Shown here: one piece after another, positions 1 to 14,198 of the stretch
Layout of the letters: each line of letters begins with the position of its first letter
How positions within the stretch are numbered: position 1 is the stretch's first letter
Source: Chlorokybus atmophyticus
Lineage: Eukaryota > Plantae > Mesostigma and Chlorokybus algae
Reading direction: 5' to 3'
Length of the DNA: 64,000 nt
Assembly: GCA_009103225.1 (NCBI GenBank)
Contig: RHPI01001037.1
Location: 1,030,916 to 1,094,915, forward strand
Notes under the pieces: generated by a model
The model's input: only the letters and a program-made list of their open reading frames with translations
The model's database searches: none
What the model was told of the DNA's origin: nothing
Made by a program: the position numbers and the translations under genes

Positions 1-4
1 TCCT

Positions 5-35
<31 letters not shown>

Positions 36-299
36 GCTAGCACATAACGTACCTCATTTAATTGTTATCCAATCTATAAACTATTAGCGTCGGGATCAAA
101 GACTTTGACTCGAGGTTCATTCAACAAAAAAATTATAAAACGTGGAAGGCATGCGCAATTTCAAATTGCTTTTGCTACCAAAACCAAGCATGTTTATAGA
201 AAAGGCTTCTACAACCGTTGCATAGCGCGTATTGAATAGAACGGTGTCGTCTTTCCACGGACAAGTGTAGGGGCTCATTCAAATGTGCTATCGAGTTTC

Positions 300-720
300 A
301 ACCGTTAAATAATTTGGGCTACGAGCCCAAAGACTTACACGCTAGCTTTCCATCATCAGGAGCTAAGAAACCATGTCGCTTACCATGTCCTCTATTTGCG
401 TTAAATAAACCATGAGATTTTTATCCAGCATCTACAACCGTTATGGCCAGCCTCTCCATTAATAACATAAGTTACCACTGTTGCAATTAAGTAAAAGGCT
501 TCAACTTTTCTCCAACTTGTAATTAACGATACACATGTATAGTCAATGTACAATTACATCAAAGATTATTAAGCAAAGTAGCATAAGATGCATAAGCGTT
601 GATCGTTTCCGCCGTGGTGACTTTTACTACTTGAATAATCTCGCTTTTGCTACTACCATTACAAATAAAACAAACGGCTTCAACTTGTCTGCAATCGATA
701 AGTAGCAATTCAACATGATG
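300..720 (-). pseudogene. Possible decayed CACTA/Plavaka-like transposase fragment
   Basis: Minus-strand broken frames read ...LLLIDCRQVEAVCFIC...VKVTTAE...INGEAGHNGCRC..., loosely like the TAD...GHxGxxGCR segment of Tnp2-like transposases. Multiple stops and frameshifts; weak similarity judged by eye. Confidence 0.2.
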
Positions 721-730
721 TTGAAGAGTC

Positions 731-769
731 ATGATAGTTGGACTAAATTGTGTTTAGTCCAACTATCAT
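731..769. repeat. Perfect inverted repeat, 17-bp arms with 5-nt loop
   Basis: ATGATAGTTGGACTAAA-ttgtg-TTTAGTCCAACTATCAT. Confidence 0.95.
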
Positions 770-889
770 TAAAGCATAAGAGACGGCAAGCACGTGACGT
801 ATTACTATATACATCTGTAATAGCATGCAACCATGAGCAATAACGAGCAGGCAGTACATGGCGGCAAGAGCAACAATCAAGAGACAGAG

Positions 890-1020
890 GGCCGGGTGCA
901 AGGATGCCAAGGGAGTGAATGCACATGCAGGGTGCCAGCACGCATATGCAGATGCAAGGATGCCAAGAGAAGGTAAAAGCATGCGCAAGGATGCCACCAC
1001 GCATCTGCCAGGATGCCAAT
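890..1020. repeat. Degenerate tandem repeat with (GCA)AGGATGCCA core
   Basis: About 5 copies of AGG(A/G)TGCCA within 130 bp. Confidence 0.6.
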
Positions 1021-4000
1021 GGAAGGTGAAAGCGTTAGTGAGAGAATGTGTGAGAGAATGCATGCTGCTGCTGCTGCTGTTGCGGAGATATTTAAGTAGT
1101 TATTGGGATTTTTGGCGCTGAGATTCAGCCGGCTCCGGAGTTGTCATGCCTTTAGGTGCTGTATTTCTGCAAAGAAGATTCGTTAAGCATTGGTATTCCG
1201 CTTATGCGAGGAGTGCGCATGGTGCAAATTGAGTTCCAAGCATGCAATCATGAGCAGTCACGCACTGACCAACACCACAACAAGCATGCACAACGAGTTT
1301 AAGTACTACTTACAGTGTTACATTTGAACAGTTCAAGCATTTAAAATCTTTTATACTTACACGCTAATAGTTCACGCCTACCATTTAAAACAAACAACAT
1401 TTCATAGTCAACAAATTATCTATACCAACTGACACCAAGCAACTTGCTTGGTGTCAGTTGAACTGACAACAGTTGGTGAAATCATTGCTTGAGGGGATAC
1501 ACAAACATGCGCCTAGTCTCCTCGAGGTCGGGGCAAGGTCGGGGCAAGGCGCTGGCTCATTGGTGGTGGGACAAGTAGCTCGGCTTGTCTCCCCGCACGT
1601 CCACCAGTTCAAAAACTTCACCCAGCGCCCGTATGTTGCCCTCACCTCCACCCACCACTTGCATCGGGTCTCACTGCTCTCTGGGTTGGTGCATGTGCAG
1701 AATCGCACACAGCAACGTCCGTCAACCCGCTGCTCCCAGCACCTGACGTGCCGTTTGGGTACTGGCGTGTCGAGTCAGACAAAACTCGGCGCCTTCGCAG
1801 AAAATGAAGGCCGTCTCGTTTGACACATCATCCACATCGAAGTAAAAGGGGTGCCACTTCAGCTCGTGAAGGTCAAGCTGCAGTAGGCACGGTGATCGAG
1901 TTCATAGCATTGAGTCATCAATGAGTATTGCGCAGTGAGTTTGCAGTAGACACAGTGATAGAGTAACATAAACGTTTAAGCTTGAAGATGAGGATTGCAA
2001 CATGCACGTGCATGTCACTGACGGGGTTGATATGTAGTTTATGATTGAGATGACTAGCTTAAACACGACAATTGAAACACCTTAAAACATTCAGGGATTG
2101 CATGCATAAGACCAACGGGGTTGATACGGGGTTGATAGCGTATCTGCCGGTAGGTTCGCCTCAGCAAGTTTAGAGGGCAACTGATGTTGCCAAGGTGTGG
2201 ACGCCCCTGCGCCGCCACCCGCAATAATCCAGCGCTTCGCGCTGCACGCTGCTTCCCCTTCGGCATCGTGAAGGCCCCCGCGCCGCCAACGTTAACCTCG
2301 CCCATCCCGCCGACAACATTGCCGCTTAAACTCACCCCACACTAAATATAATGCTGGTTAATGTGGAATAGGCTAAGAAGGGCTTGTGAAGCATTAATAA
2401 GCAATACACAACCTCTCATAGAAGCGTCTTTTGCTACCATGGCCTAGTCGGCCAAGCCCCGCGTTACACCAAATTACTGTTTACAATAAAATATAAAGAC
2501 ATAATCCATAAGAAACTAGCTGTGCTGGGGGCGTGGGCCGCTTATCTTTGTCTTGTCTAGGCGGGGGTGTCAGCCTACTTGGTGGTTTTGTTTTTTCAGC
2601 CCCAGGGGGGGGGGGGGGGNGACAGAGGCGGCAAAAATACTGTGATTGTGGCAACTTGTGGGTGTCGTGCAGGGCTAGCAGAACCCCCAAGGGCGTGGCA
2701 TGCCGCGCGACGCGAAAGGCGGACAAAGGTATGTGTTGTTTTTGTGATTTTCATTTCCACTACTAGTAGCTATGAGTTCGTGCGTCTCGCACTCATGCAC
2801 AGCCTGCGCACTAATGCGCACTCCGAGTGTGCGGTTTTGCATGAGTCATACAAAATCGTGCTAGCATGCTATATCGTACTGGCATTGCTTTGCTTCCATC
2901 ACTGTTCTGCTGGCATGCATGCATCATTCAGCTGCATGACACGCATTGCTTCCATCACTCTGCTGGCATGCATTGCTTGCATCCGCTGTTCTAGTAGTTT
3001 TAATGAGACCCTCACACTTGCCACCACTCTGTTTGCACTTACGCACACCTTGACACCATTTTATTGCCAACTCTGTCTGCACGCATAGTTACAAAGTACG
3101 CAATACGTGTACTAGTACGTGGTATGCAAAGTACGCGTATGGTTTTGTAGTTTTTTCATAATACGTCGGTCAGCACGTATTTTATATCCGTATTCATGCG
3201 TAATACTGATAAATATTAATAACGATTGATGCGATATGTGTGCTACCAAGTGATGGGCAACTCATTGTACATCACAATGCATTATAATACAGTGTTTGAT
3301 TCACCAATGTTATGGTATGATTAAAGTCATTTCTAATGGTAATAACTTACCTAACATGTTATTACGTAATATCATAACACCTTTTACAGATGCTTTATTA
3401 CTTGCAGTGCTGATAGGTGAGGTGGGTCGCACGGCGCTGCCGCGACCTAGCCCGCCGCGTGACAGGTCGCGCGCGCGGCACATCACCGAAGGCCGTTTGC
3501 TGCGCTATCTGCGGTCATTCGGCTGTTGACCATGTTTGATGACGCAGTAACTATAGCGTGTAATCAATTAGCGTTAAAGGGTAGAGTGGATTAGTTAGAA
3601 CGAGGGTGAGTAGTGGCGGCATGTCTTTGGGGTATGGGGCCTGCCCCGACCTCGTACCGCCAAAAACGCGGCCATTTTAACCACCAACTATGCCGCAATT
3701 GCACCAAATCCCTAGCAATATTGGGTCGCCGTTGGTAAGCGATTGCCGCTGAGATATTTTTCAGCATCTTTTACGCATCTTTGCAATGATTGGCCATTTC
3801 GCTGCCTTTTTGAGCAACTGGCTGTTGTCACCGTTGCGATCCCATTTGATCAATCTCATGCGTGACCAAATGGTGGCCTAACGATGCGAGTTTTCGTTTA
3901 GTTGAATCTTAACGTTAAGGTAATTCAGGTTAGCATTATTTTGATGGTCGTAACCTCGGCATTATATACTAAGTACCGCAGCACGTACCGTGGCGTGAAC

Positions 4001-4426
4001 GTTACGTTGAATACTAAGTTTTGAAACACTTAACAGCATTTGCTAATCATATCGCACCAGATTGCACCATATTGCAGCATATTTATCAATAATTAATGTA
4101 ACACTTTAAAGAAACTATCAACATGCAGCCATAAGCGGCCACGTTGCAGAACTGTGCTTACTTTTACATTTATTGGCATGCGCTTAAACAATTGGATGTG
4201 CTTTGGACGGCCAGGATCGTGCTTAGGCAGATCTAACGGTGTAACGCTTGTTCTCGCCGCCTAGCCAATGAGAAGCAGGCGGGCCGCACATACTGCCGCG
4301 CAGCCCGGCAGTCGCGGGTGCCGTGTGATGGCCCTAGCGCGGGATGTGTGATGTAGGTTGAATGCCGACAGGCCGGCCCAACCAATAGGCGTGATGGGCG
4401 AAATGAATCTGCGCTTATAGCATATA

Positions 4427-5143
4427 TATGCTCTTAACGTTCAAGAGCATATTATGCTCTTAGTCGCCAAGAGCATACAATTTTTGAGGATACCAGTATG
4501 CTCTTACAAATGGGTAAACTATATAGTCTACCCCCGTTACAAGACTTCGGTTTATGAAAATAACCCCGTTGAGATCGTGAATTTGCAAAAATCCAATGGT
4601 TTTACAGACTAATATCATCGGTTAGTGGAATAGTTTTGTACGCTATAAGACTACAACAAAGGGTTCAAATTTTGTGTGGGCAGTCTTGTTACGGGGGAAT
4701 ACCTTGTTAATGGCATGTTTATTTTAAATATTATAAACATAAACATATTACAGAACTCATATATAGTTACGTACATAATTGGTATATTGTTGACTATTAT
4801 CAATTTAATGTATGCCACGTTACAACATAATCACGTGGCTTACGATTATTTTGCAATACCCCTGTTAGTAGAATATATATTATGTAAAAAGTAGTATATA
4901 TTATTGTAAACGCCCAGAGAATAACCCCGTTGATGGAATGAAAGATACACGTGATGAATATAGTGGAGGTATACTGTACAGTTAAGGTACATAGTGGTAC
5001 ATACCTAGTTACATTAAAACATTTATTGTACAGTCTACCCCTTTTAAGAGCATGCTGTTTGTTTTTAAAGATAGTTTGCTCCTGGCGGGGTTATGCTCTT
5101 GGCGTTTTTAAGAGCATAATATGCTCTTAAACATTAAGAGCAT
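4427..5143. repeat. Inverted repeat pair made of ATGCTCTT/AAGAGCAT hairpin units (4427-4477 and 5092-5143)
   Basis: The reverse complement of 4427-4477 matches 5092-5143 with few differences. Similarity extends more weakly outward to about 4386 and 5182. Confidence 0.85.
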
Positions 5144-5496
5144 TTGTATGCTACAATGCAGTTCAATACGCCCATCACGCCCATTACATCACGCGCATTA
5201 CGTCACGTATCATGCCATCACGCTCATTACGCTAATTACGCGTGACACTGTACCCATCACGCCTTGTCTATCGCACTCATTACGCCTGATGACACACCCG
5301 TCACGCGCTACTCCCTCAATGTTAAGATTACGCACACTGACATTTGCAAAAATGTCATGAAAAATAATATGCTCTTCGCGGTTAGTCATATTCTCTTAAG
5401 CACTAACATTTGCCTGTAGCATCGTTGGTGATCTCAGAACGTATGCTACAAGCGGGGTTATTCTCTTGAGCAAAGTCTTTTAGCGGGGGTGGACTG
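4524..5496. mobile_element. Tc1/mariner(pogo)-like MITE with TA target duplication, containing a third related terminus at 5031
   Basis: Left end TA|TAGTCTACCCCCGTTACAAGAC...AATAACCCCG. Right end reverse complement CAGTCCACCCCCGCTAAAAGAC...AATAACCCCG, followed by TA at 5497-5498. An internal TA|CAGTCTACCCCC occurs at 5029-5042. No ORF. Confidence 0.65.
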
Positions 5497-8400
5497 TACA
5501 ACGCACACATAACGCATATGTGCACCGTGCATGTTGTGCTCAAAATGAATGGATTCTTTTATTCATTCGCATGTACTTTGTGCAATTGCACGATATGGGC
5601 TTTGGAAGGTTGAAAGTTGTTTACCACAAATCGCATGGCCGATAGCTGATACACGTCGCATAGCCAATAAGAGGCAGGCGGGCTGCTCGGTATGCGCGCG
5701 GCAGGCATGTAGTCTCGGGTGCTGTGTGTGATGGCCCTCAGTGCGCGTGATGTGTCTTTGTGCCCTAATGCCGTCCTCCCCGGCCGACCGGCCGGCCCAA
5801 TCCCGCCCAATCAGCCGCACCGCTAGTTTACAAAAAATGACCTATTTTAGCCCAATACCGTACGATTTCACGTACTTTCAACGTATTACAACTGTACCAA
5901 CAACTGCTTGCTGTACGCGTACCATTACGTATTATTTTGCCAAAAGTCGCGGATTTTGTTACTATGTCTGCACGCACATTGCTAGCTCTTCCAAGATTCT
6001 TTAGGTGGCCGGCCATTGTTTATTATACACATTGGTTATATGCCTTATTTTGTGAAATTCAATTATTGACACTGCAACTAATATGACATGCGCACGCCGT
6101 GGCATTGCACTGCAGCAGTGCAATGCTAGTAATCAATGGTGCTGCAGTGTCTTGGCGCCCCTATATATATATACATATAGAGAGCTGACGGAAGCAGTGG
6201 CCACAGCCTTCGAATCTCAAATTGAGCTTACCAGAAGCTTTGTCGCCTTGAAGTCATCATCGCCGCGATAAATATATACCTTAATGTACACGTCAATTAA
6301 TCAGCAAGTTTTCTGACAGCGCTGTACGGGCGTGGGTACTACGAACCTCGGCCTCCCTGCTCTAGTCGCCGCGGCCGCCGCTCAGCGGTGCAGGCGATCT
6401 GCGCTGTGGATCGAGACCCCTAAATAAGACCGTAGTCGCCGCTGCCATCCACGTACCGCCGGACCATTGCCGCAGCCAAAAACCGACATCCACGCTAGTT
6501 CTCGCCGCCCCTTTCCCGTTGTTTTTACAACACAATCCCGCCCCCATTTGTGTGTAAGTCGTCATTGCAATCATTGCAATGATTGCAATTCATATTGAGC
6601 ATGACCGGCCATTACCGCATGCACGGTTGCATGTGCATTTACTGCTGCATGCACTGTAACATGGGGCCTCACGGACTTGACCGTAAAGTTCAAGTCCTGG
6701 TGTTTTTAAGCTCATAATTACCCACTTCATGACATGCACGTTCATCGATCGCGGTAGTCACCACTTTGTGCAGTGACTTTACCTTTACCGCAGCAATCAT
6801 TGCTGCGATAGGCAGCGAGCTTTATATGCATGACGCATATCAAGCTCGCTGCCCACTTTTATCGCTCATAAAGATGCCACATGGTCAGTTTACGCCATTT
6901 GCAAAGGCGCAAATGAGAGTTCAAGCCGCTCTTGACAATCTGAAATGTTTATTGGGCTTGTTGACAACATAGCTAGCCTTGCCCGCATGCATTAAAAAGC
7001 AACATAATGCAGGCATTTGAATGATATCCATGCATATAAGAGTCAATAAATGATGCAAAAATGAGGACATTTAATTACTGGAACAACCTGAATATGCTGT
7101 GTTTGGATAAGGTTGCAGCGGTTTACCCTCAACGCGCTCGTCAAGAATGTCATGTATATGGTTAGTATAATGATGACCATGATGGGACATGTATTTATAG
7201 TATATGGCTCCTCCTTTGGCAGCGACTTTTACTGCCATCATTACTATGATAGCCTATTGATTACGGCACTGATGTTGCAGCGAGCAACAACACCATGCCA
7301 AGACAAGGGCTTTGGTTTCTATGCTCTTATTCATGTAACAGCGTCTGTAACTTAAGAGGTCAACGACGTTGTGCGTGGATGAATGTGCACGTAACTTGAC
7401 CCTTTATAATGTAAGACCATTCCACGTTGTATACACGATTGATGCCCGTCGTTGTGACTGGGTCATTATATGCCGTGATGCGAGCACTGAAGGCTTGGCC
7501 TTTCAATATGACAAGCTATCCTACCATATTGCTAGCAACCTTTGCAAATTGCGCTAGTAGAGAGCCTCCAACTCGAAGACTCCAAGCCCGGGTGCGAGCT
7601 CCAAAATGTCATCTAGACCATCCATGGTGACCATGTCAGGTGTCGGGCATCATCGGTTGCAATCGCATGTTTAATGGCTTGCTCAGCATCATCAATTGTC
7701 GTCAAGCAACCCGCCATAGAGTGTCAAAAGGCCTTTACATGCGCCAACCTATACAAGGCCTGCGGCATGCGTGCTACTCAAGCTGCCAAAGTCGAAACAA
7801 TTGGCAAGTTTAAAGTTTATATGTTAAAAACTTCTGAATGTCATTTTTTATAGATACTGATAAGTTAAAGACAAGTTGAAGCCTTTTGCTTCATTGCAGT
7901 TTTTTTATCTTTCGTGCAAGTACCTTTTAGCGTGTATTTCTATCATATATATGCGCCCAATTTTTTATTGCTTTTATGAGATTTATATAACAACAGTAAA
8001 TCAATATACCAGTTACCGTTTGCTCATTGCAGTACCGGCATCTTTTAAGCAAGTACTTAGCGTGCATTACAATTATGTATACAATTCAATCGTACACGAG
8101 TTAAAACTGATAGTAACAACATCTATGACATTGTAAATAAAGCATTTACTCATATATAGGAGTGATTCGCATCCAATACCTCCGGGTTAACATCAAAAAT
8201 GTTGTAAAATTATGTATGTAGGAATGTTTTATAGAATTGCTTGTGAGATTTTATCAAAGATTCATGTACGATCTATAAAACATTTTTGCCATTATACATC
8301 GTATTATGATCAATGTCGTCAATTGTGTCTCAAATCGTACATTGCAATTGAATTGGATCTTTTCATCATTTTCTAAAATAGAGGGTTAAGTGGCTTGTAT

Positions 8401-9554
8401 GGCAAGCGCCGATTAATCATCAAGAATCGCACACTCGGTGCGCTGGTGGTACAATGCTTATCAGTATGAGATGAAACATGGAAATGTTGAGTACATCAAA
8501 TGGACTACAACGAGAATAAATTGCGAGGCTGGCGTATAAACTTATATAAGTTAAATGTCTTTATTCGCGGTTGCAGTTTTTCACAACATGCAAGTTCACA
8601 TGCAATGTTTGTGTTACTAGCCATTACAATTTGAAAGCTTGTGGTTGCATGCTTGCTTGCATAAAGGATTGTAAAGGTTGCGCTCACATAATTATAAGCG
8701 CAAAACGCGTGATGTTATGCATTTGATATACTACAAAATGAAGCAATAACATAACGCTGTATTATGTGCATTTTTTGAACCACTTGCACATGTGATTACA
8801 AGCAATGTGTGAATCCTTATTGTCATCTCCCATATACACAAATTGTCATACATTTAGTACATCACGCATGCTTTTTGAACTACCTTTATATGCATGCAAT
8901 TTGCAATAACCGTAAATGCATGAAGGCCACCATATCAGGGAATGATATTGTGACAAACAGATATTGGCAATCACTGTGGTTGTGCACCTCCATGAAAGCA
9001 TGCATGATGGCGCATGTGTGCCACAACTCATTCGATAAATGCAATTGGCCTACCTTTACAGACCTATTCGATGGCTGCCCTAACTCAGATACGAGTCGTA
9101 TCAACTTGCGTTACACTATATGCACTGTGTTGACGGTGATCATGAAGATTCCGCGACACCAGCGCCGCGCACCCTAGTTAGGGTAGCCTAGCCCATCCGA
9201 TCATGCGCGTGGGCACCATCATCGCCGCTGCCCGCGAGGTCGCGTCACCCCCTGCCTGGGAACTCTGCATGATTACCGTATTGGAGATGCCGTATCCCAT
9301 GTTTCACACGCAGCGTAACCCGTAATCGTCGCCGACGTCGACGGCTTATGATACCCTGGTCCTCAACGGTTGCCGCAAAAGTCCCAAACCAAGAAGAATG
9401 CTCCAGCCCACAACGCCCGGTCGCGATCAACGCAAATCACCCATACTGCGCGACGGCGCAGAGCGCGTCCTAACTTCAAATAGGATGTCTTTTACCCGCC
9501 AAGATACTCGGTTCAGGCCTAGACGCCGTCATGACTTTTTGGGGGTATTATTGG

Positions 9555-9920
9555 TTGGGCTGTCAATGACAAGATCTAAACCACTTTCACGAGTTGACGC
9601 GTCGCCATTGCCATCGCCGTCGCCATCGCCATATTCCTTGTGAAATGTCATCAAGGTGGTTTAGGTTTGGGTGGCAACCATTTTCACAAGTTGTTCCGTC
9701 GCCATCGCCATCGCTGGCGCCATCGCCATCGCCATAATACTTATGAAATTGGGCTGTCAATGAGAAGATCTTAACCACTTTCACAAGTTGTCGCGTAGCC
9801 ATCGCCGTTGCTATTGTAAAATGTCATCAAGGTGGTTAGGGTTTGGGTGGAAACAACTTTCACAACGCCATCGCCATCATTCTCGTGAAATGTCATGAAG
9901 GTGGTTATGGTTTGGGTGGA
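9555..9920. repeat. Tandem duplication (194-bp offset) with (GCCATC/GCCGTC)n hexamer tracts
   Basis: TTGGGCTGTCAATGA.AAGATCT.AACCACTTTCAC occurs at 9555 and 9749. GAAATGTCATCAAGGTGGTT..GG(G/T)TTGGGTGG-like blocks occur three times. Confidence 0.85.
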
Positions 9921-10179
9921 AGTAGTAGGGGCAGTGGGGCATACCTTGGGCCGTTCACAAGTTGGGTGGAACTTGGTGGGGTGTGGGCCTCATTGGGGTG
10001 GTGGAGAGGTGGGACAGTAGGGGGTTACAGTATCCTTGAGTAAGGAGCAGGTGGGTGTCTTGCTTGTGCTTGCCATGTGGCAAATGGGTCATGGACATGG
10101 ACATTGTGGATGTTCAAAATAGTTCATGGACTATAGCAACACAACTTCATCCATGAATCGAAGAACAACACATGTTTGT

Positions 10180-13100
10180 TAGAGGGATGCATTGTTGTGG
10201 TCTATGCGGAGTACCATTGTTTGGTAACGCACTTGTGCCAGTATGCGTTCACACAATGCTTATGACGAAATACCGCCTTATGCTATTGCTAATATATTTA
10301 TGAGTACTTATACACATACACCTTCAAAAATGCATTTTTGTCAAACATGTTATGGTGGATCTTTTCGTCGACATCACACGTTCATGTATTCAAGTGAATA
10401 CATGTGTAAAGTATTAGGAGAATATCCTACAGCAATACAATATCTGAGATTACTTAACACATGTATCTGACTCGACAACTAAGGACCTCATAGTTATGGT
10501 GTCAGCATACTGAGTTCTAATTCACTGATTCGCGGGCCGTTGATTGTTTGGGATGATTATCGCTCCAATATTAATGAGGTTCCAGCATTTGTACATGAGT
10601 TATTGAGTGAGCTATTGACCAATGAACATGTCCAATATAATCTAACCATGTTGGAATATCCTTCTATATGTAGTGGTGTACCAGTTGCCAGTTATACCAT
10701 TGTGGAACACATTGTCCAAAAGCAATGTCAACGTGGTTTGCTTAATGTAGTCAATCACATTGAACGATTACATCATGTACATGATGTACTCACAACATCA
10801 CTACTGATTAATAGGCCCACCAACAATATTCCAACGCTAAATCAATTGTTAGCTTGCGGATTGATTCGTCGTGACAATCATAAACTTATCATGTTGTTGC
10901 ATACTTCAGAATCAACTGCATCTTTGGATTTAAGTGTAGAAGATGCATTGTTTCCCATGTTAGTTTCGCAAGGAGTAGGCAGCTATAACGGTGTACATCT
11001 ACGTTAGTGCACTAAGTACCTTCAAATGCGTTGTTCAATGGCATTTCTATGTTTATCTTGTATAAACCTTACATACTACTAATGTATCATGTCCATCAAG
11101 CAATATTATTAGTCAATGTTGTACAATTAAATAAGACTATTGTTAAATATAAAAAAGATAATTCTAATGCTTCAGATGAAGATGCTATCCGTTATACAAT
11201 TGAATACAAAATTCCGGGTTCAATCATTGAATTACTAGCTTGGCATTGTACACAATTGGGTGATTTGCTTACATTTGTAGACTATTTGCGTATGCCTACG
11301 TTGTTTAGGTACATTAACCGCTGATGAATTAAGTCAAATTAAATGGCCTGCAATAGTTGATGTCAGTAGTTTTATTGGTAGCATACATCATCATTTCGCT
11401 TGGCGTGATGCCCCTATAGAATGTGCACGGTTATTTCATTTTCGGTTTACAATATTCTTTCAAGGGTATATACAATACAACATAATATTTTAGGAAACAT
11501 CGAACATTATGTTATCCGTTATGAGACACAACATTGTGGATCCTTACATGCTCATGTTATGCTGTAGTTATCTGAAGATGACATTGAACGGGTCTCCAAT
11601 AAAATTGTTGCATTTATACCTGGTGCTTACGATGATAGTGCACAAGAGGTCATCACTCCTTCAGATGTCCATTAACGTGTGTTGTTTAAGTATGTTCGTA
11701 AGAAACAACTACATGTATGCAGCCCGGTTGGTTTTTGTTGTCGACCATTTAACATTGAATGTCGTTATGGTTTTCCATATGATGTACAACATGAGAAAGA
11801 GGCTAAGTTCAACGCCAACACCAAACGTTATAAATACTATCGCTCGCGTTATAAGGATCGCAACGTTGTACCATATCATACCCATATTATACCCGTCCTT
11901 GCTATTACTATGGGGTGCACATTGTAACGTGCAGAAAGTCATTAATGCTAATTGGTCTTTATATGTTGTCAAGTACACTGTGAAAACGGAACCCATAGGA
12001 GCATTGAACATTAATGCTAAAAACGCACAAGCATTGGGATTGAGCATGTTGTCTGATATTGAATTGCGGTTTGTGAGTGCCATGTACTTATCCAAACCAT
12101 TGGCTTCTGCAGAGGCCGCTTTAACATGCTTGGAAATTTCAGTCATTTATCAATCCAGTCGAGTCATTTATGTTGATTCCCAAATGCCTATGCATAGAAC
12201 TCGCATGTTACAAGGTGCACAACATGTTGTGATTCATTTAATAAACATACATTGTGCTCATCCTCAAGAATTGAAAACGGTGACTTTTTGCAAGTACTTT
12301 CGCAACTATCAGCGTACCAAGAACGCGACATCATCCGCAAGGTTTGTGCTGCCGAAAGAAGTGATAGTGGATTCATTGGGCTTTGTGGTTAATTGTTCAA
12401 AAGACACAAAAGTTGTCACATTTAATAATATAGTAATTCTCATCCAGTTTATAATATTGAAAGATTTGTTTTTTAAGTACTTGTTACAAAAGGTTCATTT
12501 CCGTAACGAACAGGAGTTGTTAAGTGATAAAAACGAACAACGATTATATTAAGATGAATGCATAATACACGGGTAATTAACTGATCATGACAACACCCTT
12601 GAACAACATATCATAACATATTGCATTAAACACTTGTATACCGATTATCAATCCCAACTTTGGCGAACTCAAATGATTGCAAAACAATCAATTGATAACA
12701 CTAAATGGACTACTCACAATGATAACAATGCTCACATGTCAGAGATCATTACACAACAACAAACTGAAACATTAAATATGTTAATGAGTTTCAAGGTATT
12801 GCGCATAAATCGTTAAGTACTGAACAACAAATGGTCTTCGATCAAATAGTCAATGAACATACGGGGTTTTATGTTATGTCAGGAATACCAGGTTCAGGTA
12901 ACTCTAACTAAAAAGATCACATCTTATTCACGTATCAAAGGTCTCAAGGTCATGTTATGTGCATCTACTAGAGCAGCAGCCATACGTTTAAGTACCACAG
13001 CACATACGGTCTATACTGCATTTGCTATACCATGTGCCGGAAGCTTTTTACCTTACCTATCACTAGTGGATAATTGGTATGCTATTATGTGTGCTACTCA

Positions 13101-14083
13101 AGTGTTTAACATCGATAAATACTCCATGTTGACTGCGGAGATTATTAACTTGATATTTTTACGAATACAATAACTGTACACACCATCAACGTTTTACAGA
13201 AGGTACAAACATATTTGTAGGTGATCATAAACAATCACCTCGTATTTGTAAACATAATCAGGGTAAAAACGCGCAACCCTGCGATAGATGTTATAGTGGT
13301 CATAGTCGTTGCTAAAACATTGCTAGCAAACATGTGTTGCAAACATCTATATGTCAAGACAGTGATCAAGATATACCTTTCGTTTCACGGCGTTATTTGT
13401 ACAGAAGTACCGTCATAAAGTTTAAGGGAAGACACGTTACATGATTGCATTATGCATGGTTTATGGGAGGACAACTTCACCACTAACACCATGACCATGT
13501 CTTCACATGTCCAAGATGTAATATCTTACAATGAAAAGGCTATCAGAATGCTATTTCAAAATGTTGAAATCCATGCAATATTATTATATACCAATGCTAC
13601 CAACCAAGCAGAGTTACAAGAATGGGTTTCAGAACAAAAGTTTCATGTGTTGACAACGGTAGCATTACATGCCAAAGTAAACTTACTAGGTGATTTTGAT
13701 CTCAACATTGGTGCAGCAAATGGAGCCATGGGTACCGTAATTAAACTACGCTTTTATAAATATCGTATTTGCTATTAAAATATCCTTGATGGATACTCAA
13801 AAGTCAATTGTTGTCACGAGGTCAACATGTAAAACCTACACTTATAAAGGTTTTTCCTATTATAAATCAACATCTCCATAACAATTAGCATACGCTATCA
13901 CCGGTCATAAGGTACAAGGTGCCACTATAAAAACACCAACAATCATTGACATAAAACATGCATTTGTTCCGAGGTTATGGCATGTTGTCTTATCATGTGT
14001 AACTAACCGCTCTTTGTTGTTGTAAACGGACATCTTGGTATGATACCAAGAGCAATTGACTTGCAACATATACCTTAGTAACA
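10180..14083 (+). pseudogene. Helitron Rep/helicase (HUH endonuclease + PIF1-type helicase), decayed
   Basis: HUH motif YVIRYETQHCGSLHAHVML* (11508-11567). CRYGFP. LLLLWGAHCNVQKV...YVVKYTVK (Y2 motif). Helicase motifs GIPGSG(K) at ~12882, ASTRAAA..AHTVYTAFAIP, IDKYSML, VGDHKQ, GAANGAMGTV, LAYAITGHKVQGAT (13885-13926) and FVPRLWHVVLSCV. Many stops and frameshifts. Confidence 0.92.
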
Positions 14084-14198
14084 GGTAAGTAGTAGTAAAG
14101 AGTAAGTGAGGACGTCAAGATTAATCATTATGATGGCATGAATGTACGCATCAACATTGATTTGATTTTACAACAATAACATCAAATTGCATATGCAG

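Larger units (their letters stand above)
4262..5812. repeat. Pair of diverged GC-rich direct repeats (4262-4386 and 5661-5812)
   Basis: Both start TAGCCAAT..GCAGGCGGGC, then GTGTGATGGCCCT..GCGxG.GATGTGT, then GGCCGGCCCAA. Confidence 0.7.

Noticed and set aside
6564-6589. 26-bp perfect palindrome of three ATTGCAAT units
   Set aside because: Explained by tandem copies of a self-complementary octamer; low information.
6760-6960. Minus-strand CCGKGKV and C..W..ER, like a Helitron N-terminal zinc region
   Set aside because: Only short motifs, broken by a stop, and opposite in orientation to the clear Helitron; could be chance.
7100-7700. Possible KDZ/CxC transposase fragment
   Set aside because: No convincing motif in any frame.
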